Source of the DNA: Silvanigrellaceae bacterium
GTDB taxonomy: Bacteria > Bdellovibrionota_B > Oligoflexia > Silvanigrellales > Silvanigrellaceae
NCBI GenBank assembly: GCA_049423385.1
Contig: JBMSQQ010000045.1
Span: forward strand, 1 to 27,050
Reading direction: 5' to 3'
DNA: 27,050 nt
Shown here one piece after another: positions 7,463 to 16,343 of this stretch. The first letter of the stretch is position 1, and each line of letters starts with the position of its first letter. Both the position numbers and the translations under genes were made by a program. The notes under the pieces are model-generated. The model saw only the letters and a list, made by a program, of their open reading frames with translations. It searched no databases and was not told the origin of the DNA.

Positions 7463-8956
7463 TCACGGCCTGATTTCACCCAGGTCGGTGACCTTGTCTT
7501 TGCTGACCGAGAAATTCACCGACTTCGTGACTTGCTCACCCATCGAAATCTCGAGAGTGTAGTCGCCTGGCAAGAGCGTGTTGAAGACGAAGCCCTCACT
7601 GCTGCGCGGACGGAACGGACGCACACTGCTGTCGCCTGCCGCGAAGTCTTCGCGGATTCCATTTGTAACTTTGGAAATGCGATAGCTTGCCTTCTCGAGC
7701 GTGCTCGATTTGAGCACTCCTTTAACGCCTTGCGACAAGCTTCGGCGCAGCAGGGTTTTCCAAGCACCCATTTGTCGTTCAACCGTAACGTCTCGCCATT
7801 TTGAGTACGAAGGCTGGAATCCCTGCATTCGTCCGTTCACTTCCATGGCAAACGAAACCACACCAGCCTCACGGAATTGCCAATCGGCATCTGTGCCGTC
7901 CGCCTCGTAGAGCAACTCCGGTGCGGTTCCAACCGAGTAGGTGTTCTTGTTTCCGCGGTCATCGATAATGTTGGCCTTCATTTCGGCGCCAATCGACTTG
8001 AACAGTTCAAGCGACGGATTTTTTTCCGAGCGGCAACCATAAGGATAAAGGATCATCTCGCTGAACGAATGGTAGCTGATGTTTGAGACAGGCCGTTCGG
8101 TCAAAACGAGATTCATCATTGCTGCGGTTTCTGGTTCGCTTGCGGAAGACGGACCTCGGAAGGAATCACTCGACTTCGACGTGCTGGAACCATTGCAGGC
8201 GCCCCACAGAGTTGGATAGTTGCGGTTGATGTCGACGCCAAATGTTCGGCCATCGGATTCCCAGGCATTTTTGCGCCACATCGACTGGCCATCGTGGACA
8301 AACTGGTTTCCGTCAGGATTCACTTGCGGAACAAGAATGATTCTGGCGCTGTCGAGCCAGTGGGTGATCTCTGTATCGCGGCCATAGTTTTGCAAAAGTT
8401 CTTGAGCAATGTGCATGACAACTTCGGTGGTCATCACTTCCCGTGCGTGGTGCATGGCATTGAACAGCACCGTCGGTTGATTCTGGTTTTCAGGGTTTGC
8501 CGAAATCACCAAAGCCTGGATGGGGCGTTTGCGACGAGTGAAGCCGATGGTCTTGAGTTCGGTCATCGCAGGATACGTTTGTGCAAACTCGGCGAGCTGA
8601 TCGACAACCTCGGTGGGCGTCAAATAGGGTTCCAGGTTTTCACGATTCAGTTGGTTGTTCAGCGGAGAGAATTCAATTTGAAAGCCTTTGGCCTTGATGG
8701 ATTCCAGGTCACGTTCAGCAACACCCACCTCGGCCAAACCCTCAGACACTGACACGCCCAGAATGTCGAATTGTGAGAGGTCCTTGAGGTCTTCCGCCCG
8801 CCGCACGGGATCCGTGGAAATGCGGACGCTGACAATTCTTTTGTTGCCTTCACTTTTCGCCAGGGAGGAACGCATGAGCGAGACACAGCCAAGAATTCCG
8901 GCAACTGCGAGAAACTTGGAGCTGGCGCTGATGACCTTCGAATTGAATTCGATCAT
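7463..8956 (-). CDS. M14 zinc carboxypeptidase (carboxypeptidase T-like), secreted, with a C-terminal beta-sandwich domain (about 497 aa)
   Basis: HHARE zinc motif, VNPDG, WRKN, GVDINRNY, SEPET, SYHSFSEMILYPY, catalytic FAMEV; ATG 8956 after GGAGG; signal peptide. Confidence 0.92.
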   Translation of the reverse strand: MIEFNSKVISASSKFLAVAGILGCVSLMRSSLAKSEGNKRIVSVRISTDPVRRAEDLKDLSQFDILGVSVSEGLAEVGVAERDLESIKAKGFQIEFSPLNNQLNRENLEPYLTPTEVVDQLAEFAQTYPAMTELKTIGFTRRKRPIQALVISANPENQNQPTVLFNAMHHAREVMTTEVVMHIAQELLQNYGRDTEITHWLDSARIILVPQVNPDGNQFVHDGQSMWRKNAWESDGRTFGVDINRNYPTLWGACNGSSTSKSSDSFRGPSSASEPETAAMMNLVLTERPVSNISYHSFSEMILYPYGCRSEKNPSLELFKSIGAEMKANIIDDRGNKNTYSVGTAPELLYEADGTDADWQFREAGVVSFAMEVNGRMQGFQPSYSKWRDVTVERQMGAWKTLLRRSLSQGVKGVLKSSTLEKASYRISKVTNGIREDFAAGDSSVRPFRPRSSEGFVFNTLLPGDYTLEISMGEQVTKSVNFSVSKDKVTDLGEIRP

Positions 8957-8969
8957 GCTGAATTCCTCC

Positions 8970-8998
8970 AAAAAAAAAGGACGGCAAAGCTGCCGTCC
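8970..8998 (-). terminator. Rho-independent terminator after the M28 gene
   Basis: Minus strand reads GGACGGCA-GCTT-TGCCGTCC followed by nine T. Confidence 0.85.
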
Positions 8999-9026
8999 AT
9001 TGTGCCGATAATATCAGTTCCGTCAA
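8999..9026 (-). promoter_or_regulatory. Candidate sigma70 promoter TTGACG-N16-CACAAT for the M14 gene
   Basis: TTGACG at 9026-9021 and CACAAT at 9004-8999 on the minus strand; the predicted start site falls inside the 5' arm of the terminator. Confidence 0.45.
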
Positions 9027-9036
9027 ATTGCCATGT

Positions 9037-10404
9037 TCAATTGGCCGAGAGGGCAAGACTCAGCGCAGTGTTGACCTGCAAGGTGGCGAGTCTCAGCAAA
9101 TACTCTTTGTTGATGTTTTCCATTGTATCGCATTTCTGGTGATAACAAGGGTTGCTGTCGCCTCCAAAGAAGTTCTCGGAGAGGATCAGGGCAGGAATAT
9201 TCTTGTTCCAGAAAGAGGCATGATCCGAGCGGTTGGTGCATGCCGAAACCTTTTTCATTCCGAGTGAAAGGTTGACGTTCAATTCGTCAATCACCCGGGT
9301 GAGCGGCTTGCTGTCGGGCCGATCGCAATCCATGGCATGATACGTCATGTCACTGTTTCCGTCGTATCCAATCATGTCGGCTTGAACCACACCCAAAATG
9401 CGTTCTGCAGCATTGAGTTGGTTGACGTATGCGCGCGAGCCGATGAGTCCAAGTTCTTCCTGATCGAATCCCACGAATCGGATGGAGACGGGCAGGGTGC
9501 CTTTTGATGCCAGAAGACGGGCAGCTTCAAGCATTCCTGCTGTGCCAGATCCATCATCATCGACACCTCGGTTGCGCACCGAGTCCATGTGTCCAGACAC
9601 GATGATGAACCGGGTCCTGTCTGCTCCCCACAGGGTACCTTCAACATTTGCACCGGTGTATCCGGAATATTTGTAGGGAACGAGACGCGCTTCAATACCC
9701 AAATCCTGAAGTGTCTGCATCACGAACTTTTGGGTCAGCACGCGATTTTCTGTTCCGCCCCGCTCAGTGATGCGCACCTCTTTACCTTCGAGCATGAATG
9801 AGCGTTCGCCCGAGAGAATGTCGAGAGTCTGTGTAATGCGGCCGAGGTCAGGTTGCAGCGCTTCCGCTTTTGAAACAGCGCGAGGCTGCCAAGGGGGAAG
9901 TGGTTGACTGGGTGTTGTTCCTCGTTCAACTGCAGATGAAGGACGTTCCGCATTCGCATCCTCCATCGACACTGGCCAGACGAAGTTGCGCGCATCTTTT
10001 TGCAGCTGAACAGCTTCAGGGGATTTCATCAAATAGAGACCACGATACTTCAAGCCAGCCACAAGCTTGCCACTTGTTGGTGCATGACCTTCCACGAAAG
10101 CCAGTGTGTGGCCTGCGGGCCATGGAACCTCGATCACGGGTTCGGAGCCATTTGCTGAGGGTCGTGTTTTCAAAATCTGGATCTGCTTGCCACCGCCCAT
10201 TTCGAACTGGGCAATTTTTCCGGACGATTCAATCTCCGCCTTCGCATTGGTACGAATTTTCAGCCAAACCGTCTGTGGCTGGGCGTTGAAGTGTTCAATC
10301 GAAAGCATCGGGCCGTGACCCATTGCGAATCCTGTGGAAGGAATGAGCGATGCGGGAAGCAGTGTCCAAAGAGCCTTCATCAGATTTGACCTTGAAACTT
10401 GCAT
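9037..10404 (-). CDS. M28 family aminopeptidase, secreted (about 455 aa)
   Basis: GHMDSV, GVDDDGSG, DQEELGLIGS, QADMIGY, RSDHASF and YHQKCDT co-catalytic zinc motifs; ATG 10404 after AAGGA; signal peptide ending STGFA. Confidence 0.92.
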   Translation of the reverse strand: MQVSRSNLMKALWTLLPASLIPSTGFAMGHGPMLSIEHFNAQPQTVWLKIRTNAKAEIESSGKIAQFEMGGGKQIQILKTRPSANGSEPVIEVPWPAGHTLAFVEGHAPTSGKLVAGLKYRGLYLMKSPEAVQLQKDARNFVWPVSMEDANAERPSSAVERGTTPSQPLPPWQPRAVSKAEALQPDLGRITQTLDILSGERSFMLEGKEVRITERGGTENRVLTQKFVMQTLQDLGIEARLVPYKYSGYTGANVEGTLWGADRTRFIIVSGHMDSVRNRGVDDDGSGTAGMLEAARLLASKGTLPVSIRFVGFDQEELGLIGSRAYVNQLNAAERILGVVQADMIGYDGNSDMTYHAMDCDRPDSKPLTRVIDELNVNLSLGMKKVSACTNRSDHASFWNKNIPALILSENFFGGDSNPCYHQKCDTMENINKEYLLRLATLQVNTALSLALSAN

Positions 10405-10710
10405 CTTGGGGCCATCCTTTTGCGGAGTGGTTGAGGAACACGGTTCGAAAGGCATCCGCCAGTGTATGACTGACCGGCCAAACCAGCAAGCGCTGGGTGT
10501 TGAAATTTCAACTCTTGAATCGATTTACCGACATAAAGAGCAATCCGGAGTGATTGATGCTCAAGTGTTGGCTTGTGTTTGCCAACGTCCTGACATGTTT
10601 ACATTATACGAACTGCTGTAGTTTTATGTAGGCGACGATTGTTTTTTTGGTGTCTTCACAGCGACCATGGATTTCAGCGGAACGGGTCATCACTGGGGAA
10701 TGTTGAGCGA

Positions 10711-11934
10711 ATGAGCGACAGCAAGGCCGATGCAAAATCAGATCTCTACAAGAGATTTCAGGTCCCGGAGCCCGAACCTTTCGGCACCAATCTTGATATC
10801 TTGATTGTTGATCCGCAGAGCGATGTGCGCCTCATATTGACTCACCATCTGCAGAAGTTGGGATTTTCGAAGTTGCGCGTTGTCAGGGATGGCATGACGG
10901 CTCTGAGTGAAATTCGAAGGCAACCAGCGAACATTCTGCTATTGAGCAACGAACTTGAAGGTCCCACCTCTGGCGATGTGATTCAGGAAATCAGGGAAGA
11001 CGTTTCCATTCAGAGGGACGTGGTGATCTTGAGTTCAAACCCGATCAGCAAACAGGAAGTCATGTTTGCCCTCGAAAATGGTTTTGATGATTTTTTGATC
11101 AAGCCGGTCATTCCCAACGAGATTATGCCAAAACTGCGATCCGCCCACGCTGTATTTTCGAGTCACAAGAACCCCGAGAGAATCTATGAATTTGCCAAAT
11201 TTGCGCTGAGAATGAAGGAGCTGGATCGTGCCGAGGAAGTCTACACCCAGCTCGCCCACAACACTCAACACGCGGCGAGGCCATATGTTGGTCTTGCGAG
11301 GGTGGCGCATTTGCGGGGTGATCATTCGGGCGCGGTGAAGTTTGCGCAAACGGCTTTGCAAAAGAACAACAAGTACACCCATGCACATGCCCTTTTGGGC
11401 GACCTTCATTTGGAGAAGGGTGATCTCGATTCAGCTTTGCGGTCTTACCGTGAAGCGATTTTGTTGAGCCCGCTGAATTTGATTCGTTATGAAAAAGCTG
11501 CAGAGGCATTGCTCGAGGCTGGACGGGTTGATGACACCATTGGTTTGCTGGATATTGCCATGCAAGCCAAATTTGAGCACCCCTTTATTGTTGAGCGGAT
11601 GGGATACTGCTGGTTTCAGAAAAAGGAATATCAAAAAGCGGCAAAGTTTTTGCGCCAGGCGGTGCATGCGGAGCCTGAAAATTTGAGCTTTATGAACTCC
11701 CTTGCGATTTGCTATCGCGATGCACAAATGTACGACGATGCCTTGGACACCTACAATCAGATCATCAAGAAAGACAATGAGAATTTTCATGTCATGTTCA
11801 ACAAGTCACTCGTGTTGAACCTGATGGGTCGCAAGGAGGAAGCAATCAAGCTTCTGAAAAAGATCGTCGCCAAAAAGCCGGATTTCCAGAAAGCCAAAGA
11901 CAAGATTGTCGAGTTGGGCGGTAGCGCGGATTAA
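10711..11934 (+). CDS. Atypical receiver domain + TPR repeat protein (about 407 aa)
   Basis: REC fold ILIVDPQSDVR..ANILLLSNEL..GFDDFLIKP followed by about 7 TPR repeats (e.g. AHALLGDLHLEKGDLDSALRSYREAILLSP). ATG 10711 preferred over TTG 10639. Confidence 0.85.
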   Translation: MSDSKADAKSDLYKRFQVPEPEPFGTNLDILIVDPQSDVRLILTHHLQKLGFSKLRVVRDGMTALSEIRRQPANILLLSNELEGPTSGDVIQEIREDVSIQRDVVILSSNPISKQEVMFALENGFDDFLIKPVIPNEIMPKLRSAHAVFSSHKNPERIYEFAKFALRMKELDRAEEVYTQLAHNTQHAARPYVGLARVAHLRGDHSGAVKFAQTALQKNNKYTHAHALLGDLHLEKGDLDSALRSYREAILLSPLNLIRYEKAAEALLEAGRVDDTIGLLDIAMQAKFEHPFIVERMGYCWFQKKEYQKAAKFLRQAVHAEPENLSFMNSLAICYRDAQMYDDALDTYNQIIKKDNENFHVMFNKSLVLNLMGRKEEAIKLLKKIVAKKPDFQKAKDKIVELGGSAD

Positions 11935-12908
11935 GTTGATCTCACTCCGCGGGCGAGCTCAGCCATGATATCAGCAACTGTTTGAACCGAATCGATTCCG
12001 CGAACGCTTTTACCAGCCTGCCAGAAGTCCTTGTAACTGACACCCTTCATTGAGGCTTCCTTCAACCGCCAGAAAGAGCTTGTGGTGTAATAAAGTCTCA
12101 TCCAGTGTTTGAATTTGGGGTGCTTGAGCATCCAGCGTGCAACAGGGTTTGCTTTCAGCCCCATGCGCCTGACTGACTCTGTGAGGATGACCGACACCGG
12201 CACTCCACTGATTTTTTCCGTCAACACGATGTCCGATTCTTCGGCCCCCACGATGGCAGATTTGTAGTCGGAATGAGCGGTGCATTCGGCAGATGCTATA
12301 AAGCGTGTGCCCAATTGAACGCCCAGATAGCCGATCGACATCGCCTCTTTGACGTCCTCGGCGGTTGAGAGTCCGCCCGCCGCAACAAGCGGAACGCCAA
12401 GTGTTGAAAGTTCAGTGAAGAGTTCTTCAGGGGTTTTGTAGCCTGCGTGTCCGCCAGCCCGATTGTTGACTCCAATGATGCCGTCAACGCCATTCTCAAG
12501 CGCTTTCAGGGCCCATTTTTTGTCGACCACATCGTGGTAGACATATCCGCCCACGGCATGGACTTTTTTCACAACCCAGGAAGGATTTCCGAGTGACGTT
12601 ACAAAAAATCGGACACCAAGTTCGAGGGCAATGTCGAGATATTTTTCCATCCGCTGCTGATAAATTTTTGATGACTTCTCTGTGATGATGTTCAAGCCGA
12701 TCGGTTTTTGTGTGAGGCTCCGGATGTATTTGAGCCCTTCAGTGAACTCGCGCTTGTGGACAAACACAAGCGAAAGCGGTTGTATGATGCCAATTCCACC
12801 GGCTTCCGAAACAGCTGCGACGAGCTCGGGATTGCTGCACGGATACATCGCGCCACAAATGATGGGCAATTCTGTTTTGGTGTGTTCTAGAAAAATTGAT
12901 TTGCTCAT
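11931..12908 (-). CDS. Nitronate monooxygenase / FabK-like FMN TIM-barrel oxidoreductase
   Basis: PIICGAM, LVAAVSEAGGIG, AGGHAG (catalytic His), PLVAAGG, GVQLGTRF, WQAGKSV. Confidence 0.9.
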   Translation of the reverse strand: MSKSIFLEHTKTELPIICGAMYPCSNPELVAAVSEAGGIGIIQPLSLVFVHKREFTEGLKYIRSLTQKPIGLNIITEKSSKIYQQRMEKYLDIALELGVRFFVTSLGNPSWVVKKVHAVGGYVYHDVVDKKWALKALENGVDGIIGVNNRAGGHAGYKTPEELFTELSTLGVPLVAAGGLSTAEDVKEAMSIGYLGVQLGTRFIASAECTAHSDYKSAIVGAEESDIVLTEKISGVPVSVILTESVRRMGLKANPVARWMLKHPKFKHWMRLYYTTSSFWRLKEASMKGVSYKDFWQAGKSVRGIDSVQTVADIMAELARGVRST

Positions 12909-13438
12909 TTTTCCGGTTGTCCTTCTTTCCCTGGACTCACAAGCCAGGTCGTTTTCACCTTGGCAACCAGATCACCCGATGAGTCCACAATACGGCTTTC
13001 CATGACCACGCTTGTGGATGCCTCGAGGTGTTCGATTGTGTTTTCAACTTCCGCCTTGGAAACAAGCGTTCCACGCGCCTTTTTGATGTAATCGACTTCC
13101 AGGCGGGTCAGAATTGCCCTTGCGTTTTGCGGAATGGCTGTGTGAAGGCTGAGGCCCGCCGGAAATTCTCCCAGATTGGCCAGTGCCAGTGCGTGGATCG
13201 AATTCAAGTGATTGCGCACTGCCCTGTGGTCGGCCATTTCAACCGACGCCAAGCCCTTTTCGAGTTGCACAACGATCGGCCGCACGCTTCCCGTGTATGG
13301 AATCACGCTGCCAAGCAGTTTGCTGAATGCCACCCGTCCCCCCGGAACCTGATTGAAATTCTTCCAAACTTTCAGAAGTTGGTGAGGGCGAATCAGTTTT
13401 CGCTGCATTTTAGTCAACATTTCGTTGGTCCAGCGCAT
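12905..13438 (-). CDS. Hotdog-fold thioesterase (DUF4442/PaaI-like), about 177 aa
   Basis: PYTGSVRP, RNHLNSIHALALANLGE, VDYIKKARG; ATG 13438 after GGAGAG; its stop overlaps the NMO start (ATGA). The exact start is uncertain (13420 is possible). Confidence 0.85.
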   Translation of the reverse strand: MRWTNEMLTKMQRKLIRPHQLLKVWKNFNQVPGGRVAFSKLLGSVIPYTGSVRPIVVQLEKGLASVEMADHRAVRNHLNSIHALALANLGEFPAGLSLHTAIPQNARAILTRLEVDYIKKARGTLVSKAEVENTIEHLEASTSVVMESRIVDSSGDLVAKVKTTWLVSPGKEGQPEK

Positions 13439-13526
13439 CGGTGCTCTCCATTTGTGGCCTTTTGGCGCCAATCCCATTATTCTCGGCAGAATTTGATCAA
13501 CGCAATTCGGACCAGGAAAGTTTCCC

Positions 13527-14969
13527 ATGGAACAGCTTTTGAAAAAAGTGATCAGTCAGCTTTCAATCAAACCGGATGAGTGGGTTGGAATCCGATGGCA
13601 TTCGGAAGACTCGCGGGTGCGCGTGATTCGCGACGGACATCCCGAAGACAACAGTGGCACCCGGTCGACCGGAGTCATGATTGAATGGTTGGTGAATGGT
13701 CAATTCGGCTACGCAGCAACCCCTCGCTTGAATGAAAAGAGTCTGATCGAGGCCGCATTGTCGGCTCGAGCACAGGCCGAGGCCGCTTCCAGACACGCGC
13801 TTTTTCGCTTCGACCAAAGTCGTCGTCCGGCATCGAAAGGGAAATATTCAAGCAAGGTGAAGACAGCACTTACGGATTTGACCGAGGCAAATCAATTCGA
13901 ATTGCTGACCGGCTTGAACCGGCGCATGAAGACTTCCGATGCCATCGTCAGCGCAACAGCCGCCTTGCAACTGGTGAACCTTGAGACCTGTTACGTTTCC
14001 TCCAATGGTGCCCATTTTGAGCAGGATCTTTCACTCGTCACGGTATCCATGGATGCTGTCGGACAAAAGAACGGCATCGTGCAAAAGCGCTCAAATCATG
14101 GATTGAGCGCTTATTCGTATCAAGGTGGAGCAGAATTGCTGTTTTTGGAAAATCTGAATCAGCAGGCCGACAAGGTCGCGCTGCAGCTCCACGAACTTTT
14201 GGATGCCCAGGAATGTCCAACCGAAACAACTCACCTGGTTCTTTCACCCGATCAAATGATGCTCCAGATTCACGAGAGCATTGGTCATCCGCTCGAGCTG
14301 GATCGCATTCTGGGTGACGAGCGGAATTACGCGGGTTCAAGTTTCGTCAGGTTGGAGGATTTTGGTCAACTTCAGTATGGGTCTGAACTTTTGAACGTCA
14401 CGTTCGATCCTGGAGTGGCAAATGAATTTGCCTCGTATGCTTTCGACGACGTTGGTGCTCCTGCAAAACGGGAGTACCTGATTGAAAAAGGAATTCTCAA
14501 GCGTGGCCTTGGTAGTCTTGAGAGCCAGGTCCGGGCTGGGGTTCCCGGTGTGGCGAATCAGCGGGCCAGCTCCTGGAATCGTCCACCCATCGATAGAATG
14601 GCCAACATCAATGTTGAACCGGGAACGACATCATTCGATTCAATGATTCGCGAAATCGAAAATGGAATTTACATGGAGTCCAACCGTTCCTGGTCGATAG
14701 ATGATTACCGCAACAAGTTTCAATTCGGTTGTGAGTACGCTCGACTGGTCAAGAATGGTCGGTTGGGACCGGTGGTGAGGAATCCGAACTATCGCGGCGT
14801 GACAAGTGATTTCTGGAAAAAACTGATCGCCGTGGGCGATCCCTCAACACTGGGCGTTTTTGGAACACCCTACTGCGGCAAGGGTGAACCGAACCAAAGC
14901 ATACGGGTTGGCCATGCGTCCCCGGTGTGTGCTTTTGCGGGAGTGGAAGTGTTTGGAGGTGCAGGATGA
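13527..14969 (+). CDS. tldD: TldD metalloprotease subunit (TldD/PmbA family)
   Basis: GQFGYAAT, HESIGHPLELD (HExxGH), YAFDDVG, PIDRMAN, C-terminal CGKGEP zinc-ligand Cys. Confidence 0.92.
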   Translation: MEQLLKKVISQLSIKPDEWVGIRWHSEDSRVRVIRDGHPEDNSGTRSTGVMIEWLVNGQFGYAATPRLNEKSLIEAALSARAQAEAASRHALFRFDQSRRPASKGKYSSKVKTALTDLTEANQFELLTGLNRRMKTSDAIVSATAALQLVNLETCYVSSNGAHFEQDLSLVTVSMDAVGQKNGIVQKRSNHGLSAYSYQGGAELLFLENLNQQADKVALQLHELLDAQECPTETTHLVLSPDQMMLQIHESIGHPLELDRILGDERNYAGSSFVRLEDFGQLQYGSELLNVTFDPGVANEFASYAFDDVGAPAKREYLIEKGILKRGLGSLESQVRAGVPGVANQRASSWNRPPIDRMANINVEPGTTSFDSMIREIENGIYMESNRSWSIDDYRNKFQFGCEYARLVKNGRLGPVVRNPNYRGVTSDFWKKLIAVGDPSTLGVFGTPYCGKGEPNQSIRVGHASPVCAFAGVEVFGGAG

Positions 14970-16330
14970 ACGCGAATGCAGGAGTTGTTTTTGAACAGGA
15001 GCTGAAAGAGAATTTCTCTTTTTTCAACCAATCCTTGTTTTCTTCGCTTGCGGCCGGTGAACACGCCCGGTCATCCCTCACCGCTGAACAATCCCAATTC
15101 ACCCGGATGAGCCGCGGTTGCATTCGGCAAAATGGATTCGTTGAAGATGCGATGGTGACGGTTCAATTCATATCTGCGACTCACTCGACAACATGGATTT
15201 CACGACCCTTTGTTGTGGACAGCAAGGACAGGGCAGTCGAGTTGGTGCAAAACATGTTGGCTGAGGCTCGTCGACAAGCAGGAGGTGCTCCTCAGGATCC
15301 CTACGTCAGCATTCCCAAGCACTCTTCCCGGAGTCATGTTTCGCATGCTGGAGCCGTTCCCTCGTCTTCGGAAATTGTCGAGAATCTTTTGTCCAATTTG
15401 AAGAAAGAAGACGATTTGGTGGGGTTCTACGCGGGTGGAAAGACCATCTCCGCATTGGCAGATTCGGCCGGGACGGACCATTGGTTTTCCAGTGATTCTT
15501 TTTTTGTTGATTATTCACTTTGGCTCCCCAATGGTCGCGCAATCAAGTCGGGATATGCCGGTCGGGAATGGAATCAATCCGAGTTCCTGCGGACCTTGGC
15601 TGCGGCAAGAAAAAACCTTCAAATCCTCGAACGCCCGGTGAGGACTCTCAAGCCAGGTTCCCATCGGGTGTTTCTGGCGCCATCGGCAACCTCGGAGTTG
15701 CTCAACATGTTCTCCTGGGGGGCTGTTTCTGAAGGGGCCCTGCAAAGAAACGAGAGTCCACTTTGCCATGTGCGGCGTGGCGAAAAGTCGTTCTCGCCGC
15801 TTTTCAGTTTACGAGAAAATTATGGGCTTGGTTTTGCGCCGCGATTTTCGGGCGATGGAGAATTGGCTCCCGAAGAGCTCGATATCTTCAAAAACGGTGA
15901 CTTTGTTCAGGCGCTCTGCAGTGAAAGAACAGCCCGGGAATATGGCGTGAGCGGCAATGGTTCAAGCAGCGAAAGTTTGCGCACGCCTGAAATGGGTGTT
16001 GGAGAGTTGGCAACTGACGGGGCTCTTGCTGCACTTGGAACCGGCCTGTATCTTTCAGACTTGCACTACCTGAACTGGAGCGACATGATTCAGGGGCGCG
16101 TGACGGGCATGACGCGCTATGGGTGTGTCTGGGTGGAAAACGGAGTTCCTGTTGGACCAATCCGGGACATGCGCTTCGATGAGACGATTTTCAGGTGTTT
16201 TGGAAGCAAACTGGAAGCTGTGACGAGAGAGGCTCAAATCATTCCGGAAACATCCACCTACGGAAAAAGGGCAATGGGTGGTGCTCGTGTCCCGGGTGTG
16301 TTGATTAATCAATTCGAGTTCACACTGTAG
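14966..16330 (+). CDS. pmbA: PmbA/TldE non-catalytic partner (about 454 aa)
   Basis: ATGA overlap with tldD; QFTRMSRGCIRQNG, LKPGSHRVFLAPSA, GLYLSDLHYLN, TGMTR, MRFDE; no HExxH. Confidence 0.88.
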   Translation: MNANAGVVFEQELKENFSFFNQSLFSSLAAGEHARSSLTAEQSQFTRMSRGCIRQNGFVEDAMVTVQFISATHSTTWISRPFVVDSKDRAVELVQNMLAEARRQAGGAPQDPYVSIPKHSSRSHVSHAGAVPSSSEIVENLLSNLKKEDDLVGFYAGGKTISALADSAGTDHWFSSDSFFVDYSLWLPNGRAIKSGYAGREWNQSEFLRTLAAARKNLQILERPVRTLKPGSHRVFLAPSATSELLNMFSWGAVSEGALQRNESPLCHVRRGEKSFSPLFSLRENYGLGFAPRFSGDGELAPEELDIFKNGDFVQALCSERTAREYGVSGNGSSSESLRTPEMGVGELATDGALAALGTGLYLSDLHYLNWSDMIQGRVTGMTRYGCVWVENGVPVGPIRDMRFDETIFRCFGSKLEAVTREAQIIPETSTYGKRAMGGARVPGVLINQFEFTL

Positions 16331-16343
16331 GCATTGGGGTCAA

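Noticed and set aside
7186..7479. 97-aa minus-strand ORF bridging the M14 and barrel genes
   Set aside because: No RBS or recognisable features, and it runs through an AT-rich promoter-like dyad. Probably spurious despite the ATGA overlap.
13527..16330. RiPP/microcin biosynthetic cluster around tldD/pmbA
   Set aside because: No YcaO, radical SAM, lanthipeptide enzyme, exporter or plausible precursor peptide in the window.
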